Below are positions 9,573 to 18,875 of a stretch of 64,000 bases of DNA, piece by piece. Source of the stretch: a bacterium (GTDB lineage: Bacteria > UBA8248 > JACPRG01 > G963555815); NCBI GenBank assembly GCA_965249615.1, contig CBDFMI010000005.1, forward strand, positions 519,462 through 583,461, given 5' to 3'. The position numbers were made by a program, and so were the translations under genes. The notes below the pieces were generated by a model, which saw nothing but the letters and a program-made list of their open reading frames with translations, was not told the DNA's origin and did not search any database. Positions within the stretch are counted from its first letter, which is position 1. Each line of letters starts with the position of its first letter.

Positions 9573-11852
9573 ATGAGAACCCGTGTGGTGCTGGAGAAAA
9601 GAGGGGGTCAGACGCAATCCGGGGATTCCCAGCTCCCCATGACTCCCAGGAGGCCTTTCTACCTCACCACTCCCATCTACTATGTCAATGATGTTCCTCA
9701 CATCGGCCACGCCTACACCACCATCGCGGCGGACACCCTAAGCCGATTTCACCGCCTCGCGGGAGAAGACGTCTTCTTCCTGACGGGGACCGATGAGCAT
9801 GGGCAGAAAGTGGAGCGGGCGGCCCACGACCAGGGCCTTCAGCCCAAGGAGCTCGCCAACCAGGTGGTGGGCCGTTTTCAATCCCTTTGGGACCGGCTCA
9901 ACATCCAGGCCAACGACTTTATCCGGACGACCCAGAGCCGCCACCGCCGAGCCGTCGAAGCCCTCTTCTTGCTGGTGCGCCAGAGGGGCGATATCTACCT
10001 CGGCGACTACGAGGGATGGTATTGCACGCAGGACGAATCCTTCTGGACAGAAACCCAGGTTCAGGGGGGAAAGTGTCCCGAGTGTGGCCGCCCTGTTGAG
10101 CGGCTCAAGGAAAAGAGCTACTTCTTCCGGATGTCCCGCTACCAGGAGCCCCTCCTTCGCCACATAGAGGCCCACCCGGAATTCATCCGCCCCGAGAGCC
10201 GGCGAAACGAGATCCTGCGCTTCGTCGAGGGCGGCCTTCGAGACCTCAGCATCAGTCGCACATCGTTCCGTTGGGGAATCCCGGTCCCCGGCGATCCGGA
10301 CCACATCCTGTACGTCTGGTTCGATGCCTTGACGAACTACCTCTCGGCCGTTGGCTTTCAGGACGCGGATTCGGCGGAGGATCGTTGGGAGAACTACTGG
10401 CCGGCGGACCTCCACCTCGTCGGGAAGGACATCCTGAGGTTTCACGCCGTCTACTGGCCCACCTTTCTCATGGCCGCTGACCTGCCGCTGCCACGCCAGA
10501 TCTTTGCCCACGGGTGGTGGACTGTGGAGGGGAAAAAGATGTCCAAATCCCTCCAGAACGTGGTGGACCCCGAGCGCCTCATCGATCGCTACGGGACCGA
10601 CGCCCTCAGGTATTTCCTCCTCCGGGAGGTGCCCTTCGGGGAGGACGGCGACTTCTCCCACCGGGCCTTCATCGGGCGCTTAAACAGTGACCTCGCCAAC
10701 GACCTGGGAAACCTCCTGCAGCGAACTCTTGTCATGGTGGGAAAGTATGCCGGGGGGAAGATCCCCGAAGCGCGGGAGACCGGCGCCGAGGCGAGCTCCC
10801 TTCAGGCCGCTTCGGAAAAGACCGTTGACCGGGTGAAGGCATCTATAGCCGAGGCGGACTTCCAAAACACCCTCAAGGCCATTTGGGAGTTCATCGGCCT
10901 CACGAACAAATACCTCGACAGCCGCACCCCTTGGTCTCTCGCCAAAGCCGGAAAGGAGGAGGAGGCTCAGGGTGTCCTCTTCCACGCCGCCGAGGCCCTC
11001 CGTGTCGCCTCGGTCCTTCTATGGCCCTTCATCCCCGAATCGGCAGAAAACCTGAGAGTCCAGCTGGGCTTGCCCCAAAGGCCGTCCTCCCTGGAGGAGG
11101 CGCGAAAGTGGGGCCTCCTCCCCGTGGGGGCGGAAACTCACCCCGGCACGCCACTCTTTCCACGAATCGACGAAGATGCTCCAGTTGAGATCGCCCAGGA
11201 GGTTCCGACTGAAGTCGCGCCGGAGGTTCCAGTCGAGACCGTGCCGATCGCCCAAGAAACTCCGGTCCAGATCGTCCAGGAGGTTCCAACTGAGGTTGTG
11301 CCGGAAGCGCCGGTCGAGGCCACGCTAATCACCCAAGAAATTCCGGTTGAGATCGTCCAGGAGGTTCCAACTGAGGTTGTGCCGGAAGCGCCGGTCGAGG
11401 CCACGCTAATCACCCAAGAAATTCCGGTTGAGATCGTCCAGGAGGTTCCAACTGAGGTTGTGCCGGAAGCGCCGGTCGAGGCCACGCCAATCACCCAAGA
11501 AATTCCCGCTGAGATCGCCCAGGAGGTGGACCGAGACGTCTTCCAGCAGCTTGACCTTCGGGCTGCCCGGGTCCTATCGGCTAAACGAGTGAAGGGAACA
11601 GAAACCCTCGTCAAATTGGTGTTGGACCTCGGCCGCAAGCGGCGCACCGTGGTGGCCGGGATCGGTAAGAGCTATACCCTCAAATCCCTGAAGGGAAAGA
11701 CGCTGATCTTCGTGCCCCACCCGAAGCCCCGCACCCGGAAGGGCATAAAATCCGAGGGGATAGTGTTGGCAGTCAGACAGGGAAGAGGGTTCGTCTTGAT
11801 CGAGCCGGAGTCACCCGTCGAGCCAGGGCGCTCCGTGAAGGACGTTCTGTGA
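9573..11852 (+). CDS. metG: methionine--tRNA ligase with C-terminal EMAP/Trbp111-like tRNA-binding domain and an internal repeat linker
   Basis: 759 aa. The HIGH motif (PHIGHAYT) and the KMSKS motif (KKMSKSLQN) are both present, and there is a C-terminal tRNA-binding OB domain (LDLRAARVL...GKTL). Residues around 535-650 are a Pro/Glu/Val repeat. Confidence 0.9.
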   Translation: MRTRVVLEKRGGQTQSGDSQLPMTPRRPFYLTTPIYYVNDVPHIGHAYTTIAADTLSRFHRLAGEDVFFLTGTDEHGQKVERAAHDQGLQPKELANQVVGRFQSLWDRLNIQANDFIRTTQSRHRRAVEALFLLVRQRGDIYLGDYEGWYCTQDESFWTETQVQGGKCPECGRPVERLKEKSYFFRMSRYQEPLLRHIEAHPEFIRPESRRNEILRFVEGGLRDLSISRTSFRWGIPVPGDPDHILYVWFDALTNYLSAVGFQDADSAEDRWENYWPADLHLVGKDILRFHAVYWPTFLMAADLPLPRQIFAHGWWTVEGKKMSKSLQNVVDPERLIDRYGTDALRYFLLREVPFGEDGDFSHRAFIGRLNSDLANDLGNLLQRTLVMVGKYAGGKIPEARETGAEASSLQAASEKTVDRVKASIAEADFQNTLKAIWEFIGLTNKYLDSRTPWSLAKAGKEEEAQGVLFHAAEALRVASVLLWPFIPESAENLRVQLGLPQRPSSLEEARKWGLLPVGAETHPGTPLFPRIDEDAPVEIAQEVPTEVAPEVPVETVPIAQETPVQIVQEVPTEVVPEAPVEATLITQEIPVEIVQEVPTEVVPEAPVEATLITQEIPVEIVQEVPTEVVPEAPVEATPITQEIPAEIAQEVDRDVFQQLDLRAARVLSAKRVKGTETLVKLVLDLGRKRRTVVAGIGKSYTLKSLKGKTLIFVPHPKPRTRKGIKSEGIVLAVRQGRGFVLIEPESPVEPGRSVKDVL
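11170..11520 (+). repeat. 81-bp tandem repeat array (about 4.3 copies; copies at 11277-11357 and 11358-11438 are identical) inside metG
   Basis: Direct reading shows the unit caggaggttccaactgaggttgtgccggaagcgccggtcgaggccacgctaatcacccaagaaattccggttgagatcgtc repeated head-to-tail. It encodes QEVPTEVVPEAPVEATLITQEIPVEIV in frame. Confidence 0.9.
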
Positions 11853-11938
11853 GCTGACGGGACACCTCTCCAGAGGGGCTTTACCCCCCGAGCGTCCCTG
11901 TTGACGTAAACTTTTAATCCCTTTTCGAGTCATTCTTC

Positions 11939-12716
11939 ATGGAAACCTTGTGGGTTGATTCCCACTGCCATCTCGAGGACGACCAGTTCAACGCCGACCA
12001 TCAGGAAGTCCTGGAGCGGGCGCGGGACGCCGGGGTGGGCTACGTGATGACCCTGGGGTCGGACATCCTGAGCAGCCGAAAGGCGGTTCGCCTCGCCCAG
12101 AAGAACGAGGAGGTCTATGCCGGAGTGGGGGTCCACCCTCACATGGCCAAGACCGCAGGAAAACGCACCTTCGCCACGCTCGCCAAACTCAGTGATGATC
12201 CAAAGGTGGTGGCCATCGGAGAAGTGGGGCTCGACTATTACCGAGACCTCTCGCCCCGAAACGTCCAGCAGGCGGTCTTCCGAAACCAGATCCGCCTCGC
12301 CCGGAGGGCCGGCCTCCCCCTGGTCTTACACGAACGGGAGGCCCAGGAGGACCTGGTGACCATCCTGAGGGAGGAGCGGGCCTGGGAGGCCAAGGGGGGT
12401 CATCCATTGCTTCTCGGGAGACTGGGAAAAGGCCCAGGACTATCTGGAGCTTGGTTTTCTCCTCTCGATTGCGGGGCCGGTGACCTTTTCGAAGACCGAG
12501 GCCCTTCAGGAGGCAGTCTCGAAAATCCCCCTGGAATACCTCCTGGTGGAGACGGACGCCCCCTTCCTGATCCCTGCCCCGTATCGGGGGCGCAAGAGGA
12601 ACGAGCCCGCCCTTCTCCTCCATACGGCCGAGAAAGTGGCCGAGCTGAAGGGGATACATCTCGCCGACCTTGCCCGGATCACAAGTCAGAACGCCCACGC
12701 CCTCTTTGGGCTCCCA
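11939..12716 (+). CDS. tatD: TatD-family metal-dependent hydrolase, with apparent 1-nt frameshift at the G6 run 12394-12399
   Basis: The N-terminus METLWVDSHCHLED...IGEVGLDYY...LVLHEREA is in the frame of ORF 11939. After the run aaggggggtcat the canonical continuation GVIHCFSGDWEKAQDYLELGFLLSIAGPVTFSKTEAL...VETDAPFL...ALFGLP is in the frame of ORF 12480. Deleting one G restores AKGGVIHCFSG. Confidence 0.8.
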
Positions 12717-13328
12717 TCGGTGGACCCGGCGCCTCAGCTCGTTTACCGCATCGGGAACGCCATCCACATGAACCTCACCTATACCTGCACGAACCACTGC
12801 TTTTACTGCCCCCGGTTCAACTCCGACTTTTTCGTGGGTCACAACTTGCACCTGGAGCACGACCCCTCCACCGAGGAGCTCTGGGAAGCCCTCGAGGGTG
12901 CAAAGGATTACAAGGAGGTAGTCTTCAGCGGATATGGAGAGCCCTGTCTTCGGCTGGATGTCCTCAAAGAGCTGGCCCGACGCGTGAAGGCCCGGGGAGA
13001 CCGGGTGCGCCTGGTCACGAACGGCCACGGCAATCTCATCCACGGCCGAAATATTCTGCCAGAGCTTCGGGGCCTTGTAGACACGGTGGACGTGAGCCTC
13101 CATGCCGAGTCGGCCGAGAAGTATCTCAAGATCGCAGATCCCCCCTTTGGTCCTCAGACGTACGGCGAGGTTCACGCCTTCATCCGAGAAGCGAAACAAT
13201 ATATCCCCTGTGTCAGGGTCGCTGTCCCCAAGAAGCCCTTCCTCGTCAATCTTGAGGAGTGCAAGCGGATGGTTCGAGAAGAGCTGGGGGTAGAGCTCCT
13301 CGTCCGCGACTACACCGTCGTGGCCTGA
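12717..13328 (+). CDS. TatD-associated radical SAM domain (CxxxCxxC), in frame with and not separated by a stop from tatD
   Basis: NLTYTCTNHCFYCPRF radical-SAM cluster motif plus a GYGEPCL glycine-rich SAM motif. It continues the tatD reading frame. An internal ATG at 12768 could alternatively start an independent protein. Confidence 0.65.
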   Translation, partial: SVDPAPQLVYRIGNAIHMNLTYTCTNHCFYCPRFNSDFFVGHNLHLEHDPSTEELWEALEGAKDYKEVVFSGYGEPCLRLDVLKELARRVKARGDRVRLVTNGHGNLIHGRNILPELRGLVDTVDVSLHAESAEKYLKIADPPFGPQTYGEVHAFIREAKQYIPCVRVAVPKKPFLVNLEECKRMVREELGVELLVRDYTVVA

Positions 13329-13412
13329 GCAGAGGGGACCCCTTGAGATTTAAATGACCCCCCTCCGTTTTCCTCGAGGTTCCCGCTCGAGGCTGTTCCT
13401 GACTCTATCGAA

Positions 13413-13958
13413 GTGCTCTTGCGAGGAAAGCGAAAAGCCGTGAGGTTCCTTCGCGCCATCAGCCGTTGGATCGACGCCCTCAACGAGAGGGTCGGAAGGG
13501 GTGTTGCGTGGCTAAGCTTACTGATGGTCCTCCTGACCACGTACGACGTGATCATGCGATTCGTCTTTCGGGTCAGCTATGTCTTTATTCAAGAACTGGA
13601 ATGGCATCTCTTCGCCATCATCTTCCTGATGGCGGCGGGCTATACCCTCCGACATGAGGCCCACGTCAGGGTCGACATCTTTTACGCCCGCATGAGCCCT
13701 AGGCGTCGGGCCTGGGTCGACTTCATCGGGGCCTTTGTCTTCCTCTTCCCCACCTGTGTCCTCATCATCCTGACCTCCCAGACATTCGTGGTCAGCTCCT
13801 TTGCCGTGCTGGAGGGCTCTCCGAACCCCGGCGGGGTCCCCGCCCGCTTCCTCTTGAAGGCGGTCATCCCCGCCGGCTTCATATTGGTGGCCCTGCAGGG
13901 CATCTCTCAGACCATCAAGAGCCTGCTCAAGCTCTGCGGAGAGGAGGGCGAAGGTTGA
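13413..13958 (+). CDS. dctQ: TRAP transporter small permease
   Basis: 181 aa, 4 TM segments, DctQ-like. Overlaps the dctM start by 4 nt. Confidence 0.8.
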   Translation: MLLRGKRKAVRFLRAISRWIDALNERVGRGVAWLSLLMVLLTTYDVIMRFVFRVSYVFIQELEWHLFAIIFLMAAGYTLRHEAHVRVDIFYARMSPRRRAWVDFIGAFVFLFPTCVLIILTSQTFVVSSFAVLEGSPNPGGVPARFLLKAVIPAGFILVALQGISQTIKSLLKLCGEEGEG

Positions 13959-15274
13959 CGGAATTCCTCCCCCTCTTTTTGTTCGTCGTCCTGACCATCC
14001 TCCTCATGCTCGGCTATCCGGTGGCCTTCACCCTGGGTGGGGTGCCCCTCGGCATGGGGCTCATTGGTTTTGGATGGAATCTGTTCGAGCTCATCCCGCT
14101 TCGCATCTGGGGCGTTATGAGCAACTTCACCCTGATCGCCGTCCCTCTCTTCATCTTCATGGGGGTGACACTACAACGCTCGGGGCTGGCCGAGGAGCTT
14201 TTGGAGACGATGGGCCTGGCCTTCGGTCGGATGCGCGGGGGGCTTGCCATCTCAGTGATCATAGTGGGGGCGCTTCTGGCGGCCTCGACGGGGATCGTGG
14301 GGGCGACCGTCGTCACGATGGGACTCATCGCCCTTCCCACGATGCTCCGGTGGGGCTACTCGCCCGAGGTGGCGACAGGAACGATCGCCGCATCTGGCAC
14401 ACTGGGGCAGATCATCCCGCCGAGCATCGTTTTGGTCCTCCTGGGGGACGTCCTGGGGATCTCGGTCGGGGACCTTTTTATTGGCGCGCTCCTTCCGGGT
14501 TTCATTCTGGTGGGGCTCTACATCCTGTGGATTCTTTTCGTCTCCATCGTATGGCCCGAGCAGGCCCCGTCCGTTTCCGCCAAAGAGCGGGCGGCCATCT
14601 CGAACCGGGAGCTCTGGCTCCGGGTGTGCCGGTCGATGATTCCTCCCCTGTTCCTTATCCTCGTCGTCCTTGGCTCCATCTTCTTCGGCATCGCCTCGCC
14701 GACCGAGGCGGCCGCGGTGGGAGGCGCCGGAAGCCTACTCCTGAGTGTGGTGAACCGCAGATTGAATCTAAGGATGCTCCGGGAGGTGATGTGGGCCACA
14801 ACCCGGCTCACCAGCATGGTCTTCACCATCCTCGTGGTGGCGACGATCTTTGGCCTCACCTTCCGGGGGCTGGGCGGGGACGCGCAGGTGCGGGCGCTCA
14901 TCGAGGGACTTCCCTTTGGCGCGTGGGGAATTTTCGCCATCGTCATGGGACTCATTTTCATCTTGGGATTCTTCCTCGACTTCACCGAAATCACCTTCAT
15001 TCACGTCCCAATCTTGGCGCCCATCATGCAGGACCTCGGCATCGATCCCCTGTGGTTTGGCGTTTGCCTAGCGATCATCCTCCAGACCTCCTTCCTGACC
15101 CCGCCCTTCGGCTTCTCCCTCTTTTATCTGAAAGGCGTGGCGCCCCCCGGGATCAGCACCGGTCAGATCTACCGCGGGATCATTCCCTATGTGGCCCTTC
15201 AACTCGTGGGTTTCCTAGTGGTCGTCTTCTTCCCAGCCATCGCCACCTGGCTGCCCCGCGTGATCTTCGGCTAA
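13955..15274 (+). CDS. dctM: TRAP transporter large permease
   Basis: 439 aa polytopic membrane protein with typical DctM motifs. Confidence 0.85.
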   Translation: MTEFLPLFLFVVLTILLMLGYPVAFTLGGVPLGMGLIGFGWNLFELIPLRIWGVMSNFTLIAVPLFIFMGVTLQRSGLAEELLETMGLAFGRMRGGLAISVIIVGALLAASTGIVGATVVTMGLIALPTMLRWGYSPEVATGTIAASGTLGQIIPPSIVLVLLGDVLGISVGDLFIGALLPGFILVGLYILWILFVSIVWPEQAPSVSAKERAAISNRELWLRVCRSMIPPLFLILVVLGSIFFGIASPTEAAAVGGAGSLLLSVVNRRLNLRMLREVMWATTRLTSMVFTILVVATIFGLTFRGLGGDAQVRALIEGLPFGAWGIFAIVMGLIFILGFFLDFTEITFIHVPILAPIMQDLGIDPLWFGVCLAIILQTSFLTPPFGFSLFYLKGVAPPGISTGQIYRGIIPYVALQLVGFLVVVFFPAIATWLPRVIFG

Positions 15275-15336
15275 CCATCCAGAAAAATAAGGCCATCTCC
15301 GCGCGCTCTCCAGCCGTCAGGCCAAAATGATGCATT

Positions 15337-15380
15337 GACCCGGGGATTTTTATCCGGGCAGGCCTCTTTCTTTCTATCCT
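15337..15380 (+). terminator. possible intrinsic terminator between convergent dctM and dctP
   Basis: cccggg-[gatttttat]-cccggg hairpin followed by the T-rich tract ctctttctttct. Short stem, so weak. Confidence 0.3.
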
Positions 15381-15386
15381 GGGTCG

Positions 15387-16457
15387 CTATCCAGAGATGG
15401 CCTGGAGGTAGGCGCCTTCCGAGACGAGGTACATGGGATCGGCGAGGGCTTGAAACTTATTGAAGGCCTCGTGGACCTTTCTGGCCGCGGAGTCTTTGGC
15501 CGCCTCTTCCTCGCGGGCCTCAATGGCCAGCGGTCGAAGCGCCCTCAGAACATCGGAGGGCAGGGGGAGCACTTCCACCCTGTCCTTGTATTCGGTCTTG
15601 AGCAATTGCAGGTTCTTGGCGTTCTTGAAATTGTACTCGGCCAGCATCCAGGCGTTGACGTCCGCAGCGGCGGCATCCACGACGGCCTTCAGGTCCGAGG
15701 GGAGGGCTTCATAGGCCTTGCGGTGGAAGAGGAACTCCGTGGTCGTCCCAGGCTCGTGCCACCCCGGGTAATAATTGTACTTGGCGGCGGTGTGGATCCC
15801 CAGTTTGACATCGTCCCAGGGGCCGACCCACTCCGCTGCGTCAATGACACCCCGCTCGAGGGCCGTAAAGATCTCCCCTCCGGGAAGCAGGACCACGGTC
15901 CCCCCCGCCTTCGAGATCACCTTCCCGCCGAGGCCCGGGATGCGCATCTTGAGACCCCTGAAATCTTCAATCGTCTGGATCTTCTTATTGAACCACCCCG
16001 CCCACTGGACACCCGTGTTCCCTCCCGGCCGGGGCACCAGATCAAAGGGGGCGTAGATCTCCTCCCAGAGCTCCAGCCCGCCCCCCTGGTAGAGCCAGGC
16101 GTTCAGCCCGAAAGGGACCGACGCAAACCACTGACAGGCCGGGGTCTTCCCGGCCCAGTAGTAAGCGGCGGCGTGCCCCATCTCAACAGTGCCCTGGGAG
16201 ACGGCGTCAAAGGTTCCAAAAGCGGGCGCTAGCTCCCCTGCGGCGAAGACCTGGATCTCAAGGCGTCCCCCGCTCATGGCCTCACACAGCTTGGCAAAGC
16301 GAAGGGGGCCCCCCTGAAGGACATCCAGGGCAGGAGACCAAGTCGTGACCACTCTCCAGCGGAACCGTTTTTGAGCATGAACCGCTGGGGCCGAAAGCAC
16401 TGCCCCCGCGGCGGCCGCCCCAAGTCCCACCTTTTTGATAAAGGAACGCCTTTTCAT
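15387..16457 (-). CDS. dctP: TRAP transporter substrate-binding protein (DctP family) with twin-arginine signal
   Basis: 356 aa. N-terminus MKRRSFIKKVGLGAAAAGAVLSAPAVHA is a TAT signal. Confidence 0.85.
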   Translation of the reverse strand: MKRRSFIKKVGLGAAAAGAVLSAPAVHAQKRFRWRVVTTWSPALDVLQGGPLRFAKLCEAMSGGRLEIQVFAAGELAPAFGTFDAVSQGTVEMGHAAAYYWAGKTPACQWFASVPFGLNAWLYQGGGLELWEEIYAPFDLVPRPGGNTGVQWAGWFNKKIQTIEDFRGLKMRIPGLGGKVISKAGGTVVLLPGGEIFTALERGVIDAAEWVGPWDDVKLGIHTAAKYNYYPGWHEPGTTTEFLFHRKAYEALPSDLKAVVDAAAADVNAWMLAEYNFKNAKNLQLLKTEYKDRVEVLPLPSDVLRALRPLAIEAREEEAAKDSAARKVHEAFNKFQALADPMYLVSEGAYLQAISG

Positions 16458-17272
16458 GTCCCACCTCCGGGATCGCCCTTTGCCTCTCCTTCTGTTTCTC
16501 GGATCTGGATCCGCTCAATGGCCTCTGCCTTTCCCGTCTTCGGGTCCACGGTGACCAGGACACCGTTCAGCTGTGCCGGGCCTGTCGCCGTCTCAAACTT
16601 TTGGGGGAGCCCCGTCAGAAATCTTTTGATGGCGCCCTGGCGCTTCACACCAATGACAGAGTGGGAGGGCCCAGTCATCCCCGCGTCGCTGAGAAAGGCC
16701 GTCCCCCCCGGAAGGATCCACTCGTCGGCCGTTTGGACATGGGTGTGGGTCCCGATGACGGCAGAGACCTTGCCGTCGAGGTGCCAGGCCAGGGAGATCT
16801 TCTCCGAGGTGGCCTCGGCATGGATGTCCACCAGGATGATGGGCGTTTCGGCGCGAAGGCGCGCTACGGCCTCGGCGCCCACCCGAAAGGGGCAATCCAG
16901 GGCGGGTAGGAAGACGCGTCCGAGAAGATTCAGCACCCCGACGGGCGTTCCGTTTGAGGTTTGAAAGACTCGAAGCCCCCGTCCCGGGACATCAGGGGGG
17001 TAGTTGGCGGGCCGGAGTAAGCGGGGATCCGAGGCGATGAGAGAAAAGCCCTCTCGCTGGTCCCAGACGTGGTTCCCCGAGGTGAAGGCATGAAGGCCGA
17101 GATCGAACAGTTCGTCGGCCACAGCTGGGGTGATGCCAAATCCCCCGGCGGCGTTCTCCACGTTGGCCACGGAGAAGTCCACCCCCCGCTCCTGCAAGAG
17201 AGCCGGCAGGTGGGCCGCCATCATCCGGCGGCCCGGCTTTCCCACGATGTCGCCGATAAAGAGGATCTTCAA
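16454..17272 (-). CDS. ymdB: YmdB-like metallophosphoesterase (TIGR00282; 2',3'-cyclic-nucleotide phosphodiesterase)
   Basis: 272 aa. MKILFIGDIVGKPGR...VANVENAAGGFG...GNHVWD motifs. Directly downstream of rny, as in Bacillus. Confidence 0.8.
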   Translation of the reverse strand: MKILFIGDIVGKPGRRMMAAHLPALLQERGVDFSVANVENAAGGFGITPAVADELFDLGLHAFTSGNHVWDQREGFSLIASDPRLLRPANYPPDVPGRGLRVFQTSNGTPVGVLNLLGRVFLPALDCPFRVGAEAVARLRAETPIILVDIHAEATSEKISLAWHLDGKVSAVIGTHTHVQTADEWILPGGTAFLSDAGMTGPSHSVIGVKRQGAIKRFLTGLPQKFETATGPAQLNGVLVTVDPKTGKAEAIERIQIRETEGEAKGDPGGGT

Positions 17273-17291
17273 GGGGGTGCCCCAAGGGACC

Positions 17292-18869
17292 TTAGTGGGC
17301 GTGGTCGATGGTCCGGGTCTCGCGGATGACCGTCACCTTGATCTCACCCGGGTAGGTGAGCTCTTCCTCAATCTTCCGGGCGATATCCTTGGTTAGGAAG
17401 ATGGCCTCGGCCTCGCTGACGGCGCCGGGCTCCACAATAACCCGGATCTCCCGGCCAGCCTGGATGGCGTAAGTCTTCTCCACACCCGGGAAGGAATCCC
17501 CGATCTCTTCCAACTTCTCCAGCCGTTTGATGTAGGACTCCAGGATCTCCCGCCGGGCGCCCGGCCGGGCCGCTGAAAGTGCGTCGGCGGCGCAGACAAG
17601 GACCACCTCGAGGCTTTTGGGCTCTTCCTCCTCGTGGTGAGCCGCGATGGCGTTCAGGACGATGGGGCCTTCGTTATAGCGCCGGCAGAGATCCTGACCG
17701 ATCTGGATGTGGGAGCCCTCCGCCTCGTGGTCGGCGGCCTTGCCGATATCGTGGAGGAGCCCCGCCCGTTTGGCCAGCTTGATATCAGCCCCCATCTCAG
17801 CCGCCATGAGGCCACTCAGGTGGGCCACCTCCTTGCTATGGAGGAGGACATTCTGGGAGTAGCTGGTCCGGTAGTGGAGGCGACCGAGCAGACGCAGGAG
17901 CTCGGGATGGACCCCCTCCAGCCCGACGTCGAAGACGGCCTGCTCTCCTGTCTCCAGGACGTTCTTGTCCATCTCCTTCTTGACCTTCCCCACGACTTCC
18001 TCAATCCGTCCCGGGTGGATGCGTCCATCGGTGACGAGCCTCACCAGGGCCTGGCGGGCCACCTCCCGTTTGACCGGGTCAAAGCCCGAGAGGAAGACCG
18101 CCTGGGGGGTATCATCAATGATGAGGTCCACCCCCGTTGCCATCTCCAGGGCCCGGATGTTTCGACCTTCCCGGCCGATGATGCGGCCCTTCATCTCGTC
18201 GTTGGGAAGCTCTACTGCAGAGACCGTGCTCTCAGCCACATGATCGGCGGCGTAACGCTGGATGGCGGTGCCGATGATACGATTGGCCTCCTGCTGGGCT
18301 TTCTCCCGGGCCTCCTCCTCGATCCGGCGCACCAAACCTCCGGCCTCGCGCCGGGCATCCTCGGTCATCTGGGTCACCAAGGTCTTTCTGGCCTCGGCTG
18401 AGGTCATCCCCGAGATCCTCTCGAGCCGGCGGATCCACTCCTTCACCACCCCCTCGGATTCTTTGAGTTTCTCTTCCGCCGTGCGCTCTATGTCCAGGGA
18501 TCGGCGCCCCTGCTCTTCAATTTCCCGGACCTTCCGATCGGCCCCTTCCAACTTTTTGTCCAGATGCTCTTCGCGCTGGAGAAGCCGCCGCTCCAGGTTC
18601 TGGAGCTCCTGCTTTCTTTCCAGGTTCTCCCGTTCCAGCTCTCCCCGGGCCCGCAGGGCCTCCTCCTTAGACTCCAGCCGCACCGTCTTCTTCAGGCTTT
18701 CGGCCTCCCGCTGGGCCTCTTCCAGGAGCTTTTGGGCCTGGTCCTTTGCCGCACGAACAATGGGTCGATCAGACGTCCTGCGAAGGAAAAACCCGATGAG
18801 GGCCCCGACGACAAGGGCCACCAGGGCCAAAATCCACCCGATCGGGCTCCCAAAAAATGCTGTCAGCAC
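17292..18869 (-). CDS. rny: ribonuclease Y
   Basis: 525 aa. N-terminal TM helix, long coiled-coil, KH domain ([15 protein letters not shown]) and HD domain (LLHDIGKA...H). Confidence 0.9.
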   Translation of the reverse strand: MLTAFFGSPIGWILALVALVVGALIGFFLRRTSDRPIVRAAKDQAQKLLEEAQREAESLKKTVRLESKEEALRARGELERENLERKQELQNLERRLLQREEHLDKKLEGADRKVREIEEQGRRSLDIERTAEEKLKESEGVVKEWIRRLERISGMTSAEARKTLVTQMTEDARREAGGLVRRIEEEAREKAQQEANRIIGTAIQRYAADHVAESTVSAVELPNDEMKGRIIGREGRNIRALEMATGVDLIIDDTPQAVFLSGFDPVKREVARQALVRLVTDGRIHPGRIEEVVGKVKKEMDKNVLETGEQAVFDVGLEGVHPELLRLLGRLHYRTSYSQNVLLHSKEVAHLSGLMAAEMGADIKLAKRAGLLHDIGKAADHEAEGSHIQIGQDLCRRYNEGPIVLNAIAAHHEEEEPKSLEVVLVCAADALSAARPGARREILESYIKRLEKLEEIGDSFPGVEKTYAIQAGREIRVIVEPGAVSEAEAIFLTKDIARKIEEELTYPGEIKVTVIRETRTIDHAH

Positions 18870-18875
18870 AGTCCC

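Noticed and set aside
8598-9710. 370-aa minus-strand ORF
   Set aside because: Antisense to holB/ricT, and its low-complexity Pro/Gly/Arg-rich translation is typical of spurious ORFs in high-GC DNA.
9738-10661. 307-aa minus-strand ORF
   Set aside because: Antisense to the well-supported metG catalytic domain.
11170-11520. Possible CRISPR array (regular direct repeats)
   Set aside because: The repeats are contiguous with no spacers, in frame within metG, with an 81-bp period and no cas genes nearby.
11138-11647. 169-aa minus-strand ORF full of TSVGTSWTISTGISWVISVASTGASG repeats
   Set aside because: It is simply the antisense reading of the metG 81-bp repeat array. It has no start context and lies inside a strongly supported gene.
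11939-13255. 438-aa ORF reported in the six-frame track
   Set aside because: Only the first 150 aa are TatD. The remainder is a low-complexity out-of-frame read-through created by the homopolymer frameshift at 12394-12399. The real continuation is in the frame of ORF 12480..13328.
14074-15330. 418-aa plus-strand ORF rich in Arg, Gly, His and Pro
   Set aside because: An alternative frame of dctM. It has no membrane-protein character and is a low-complexity high-GC artefact.
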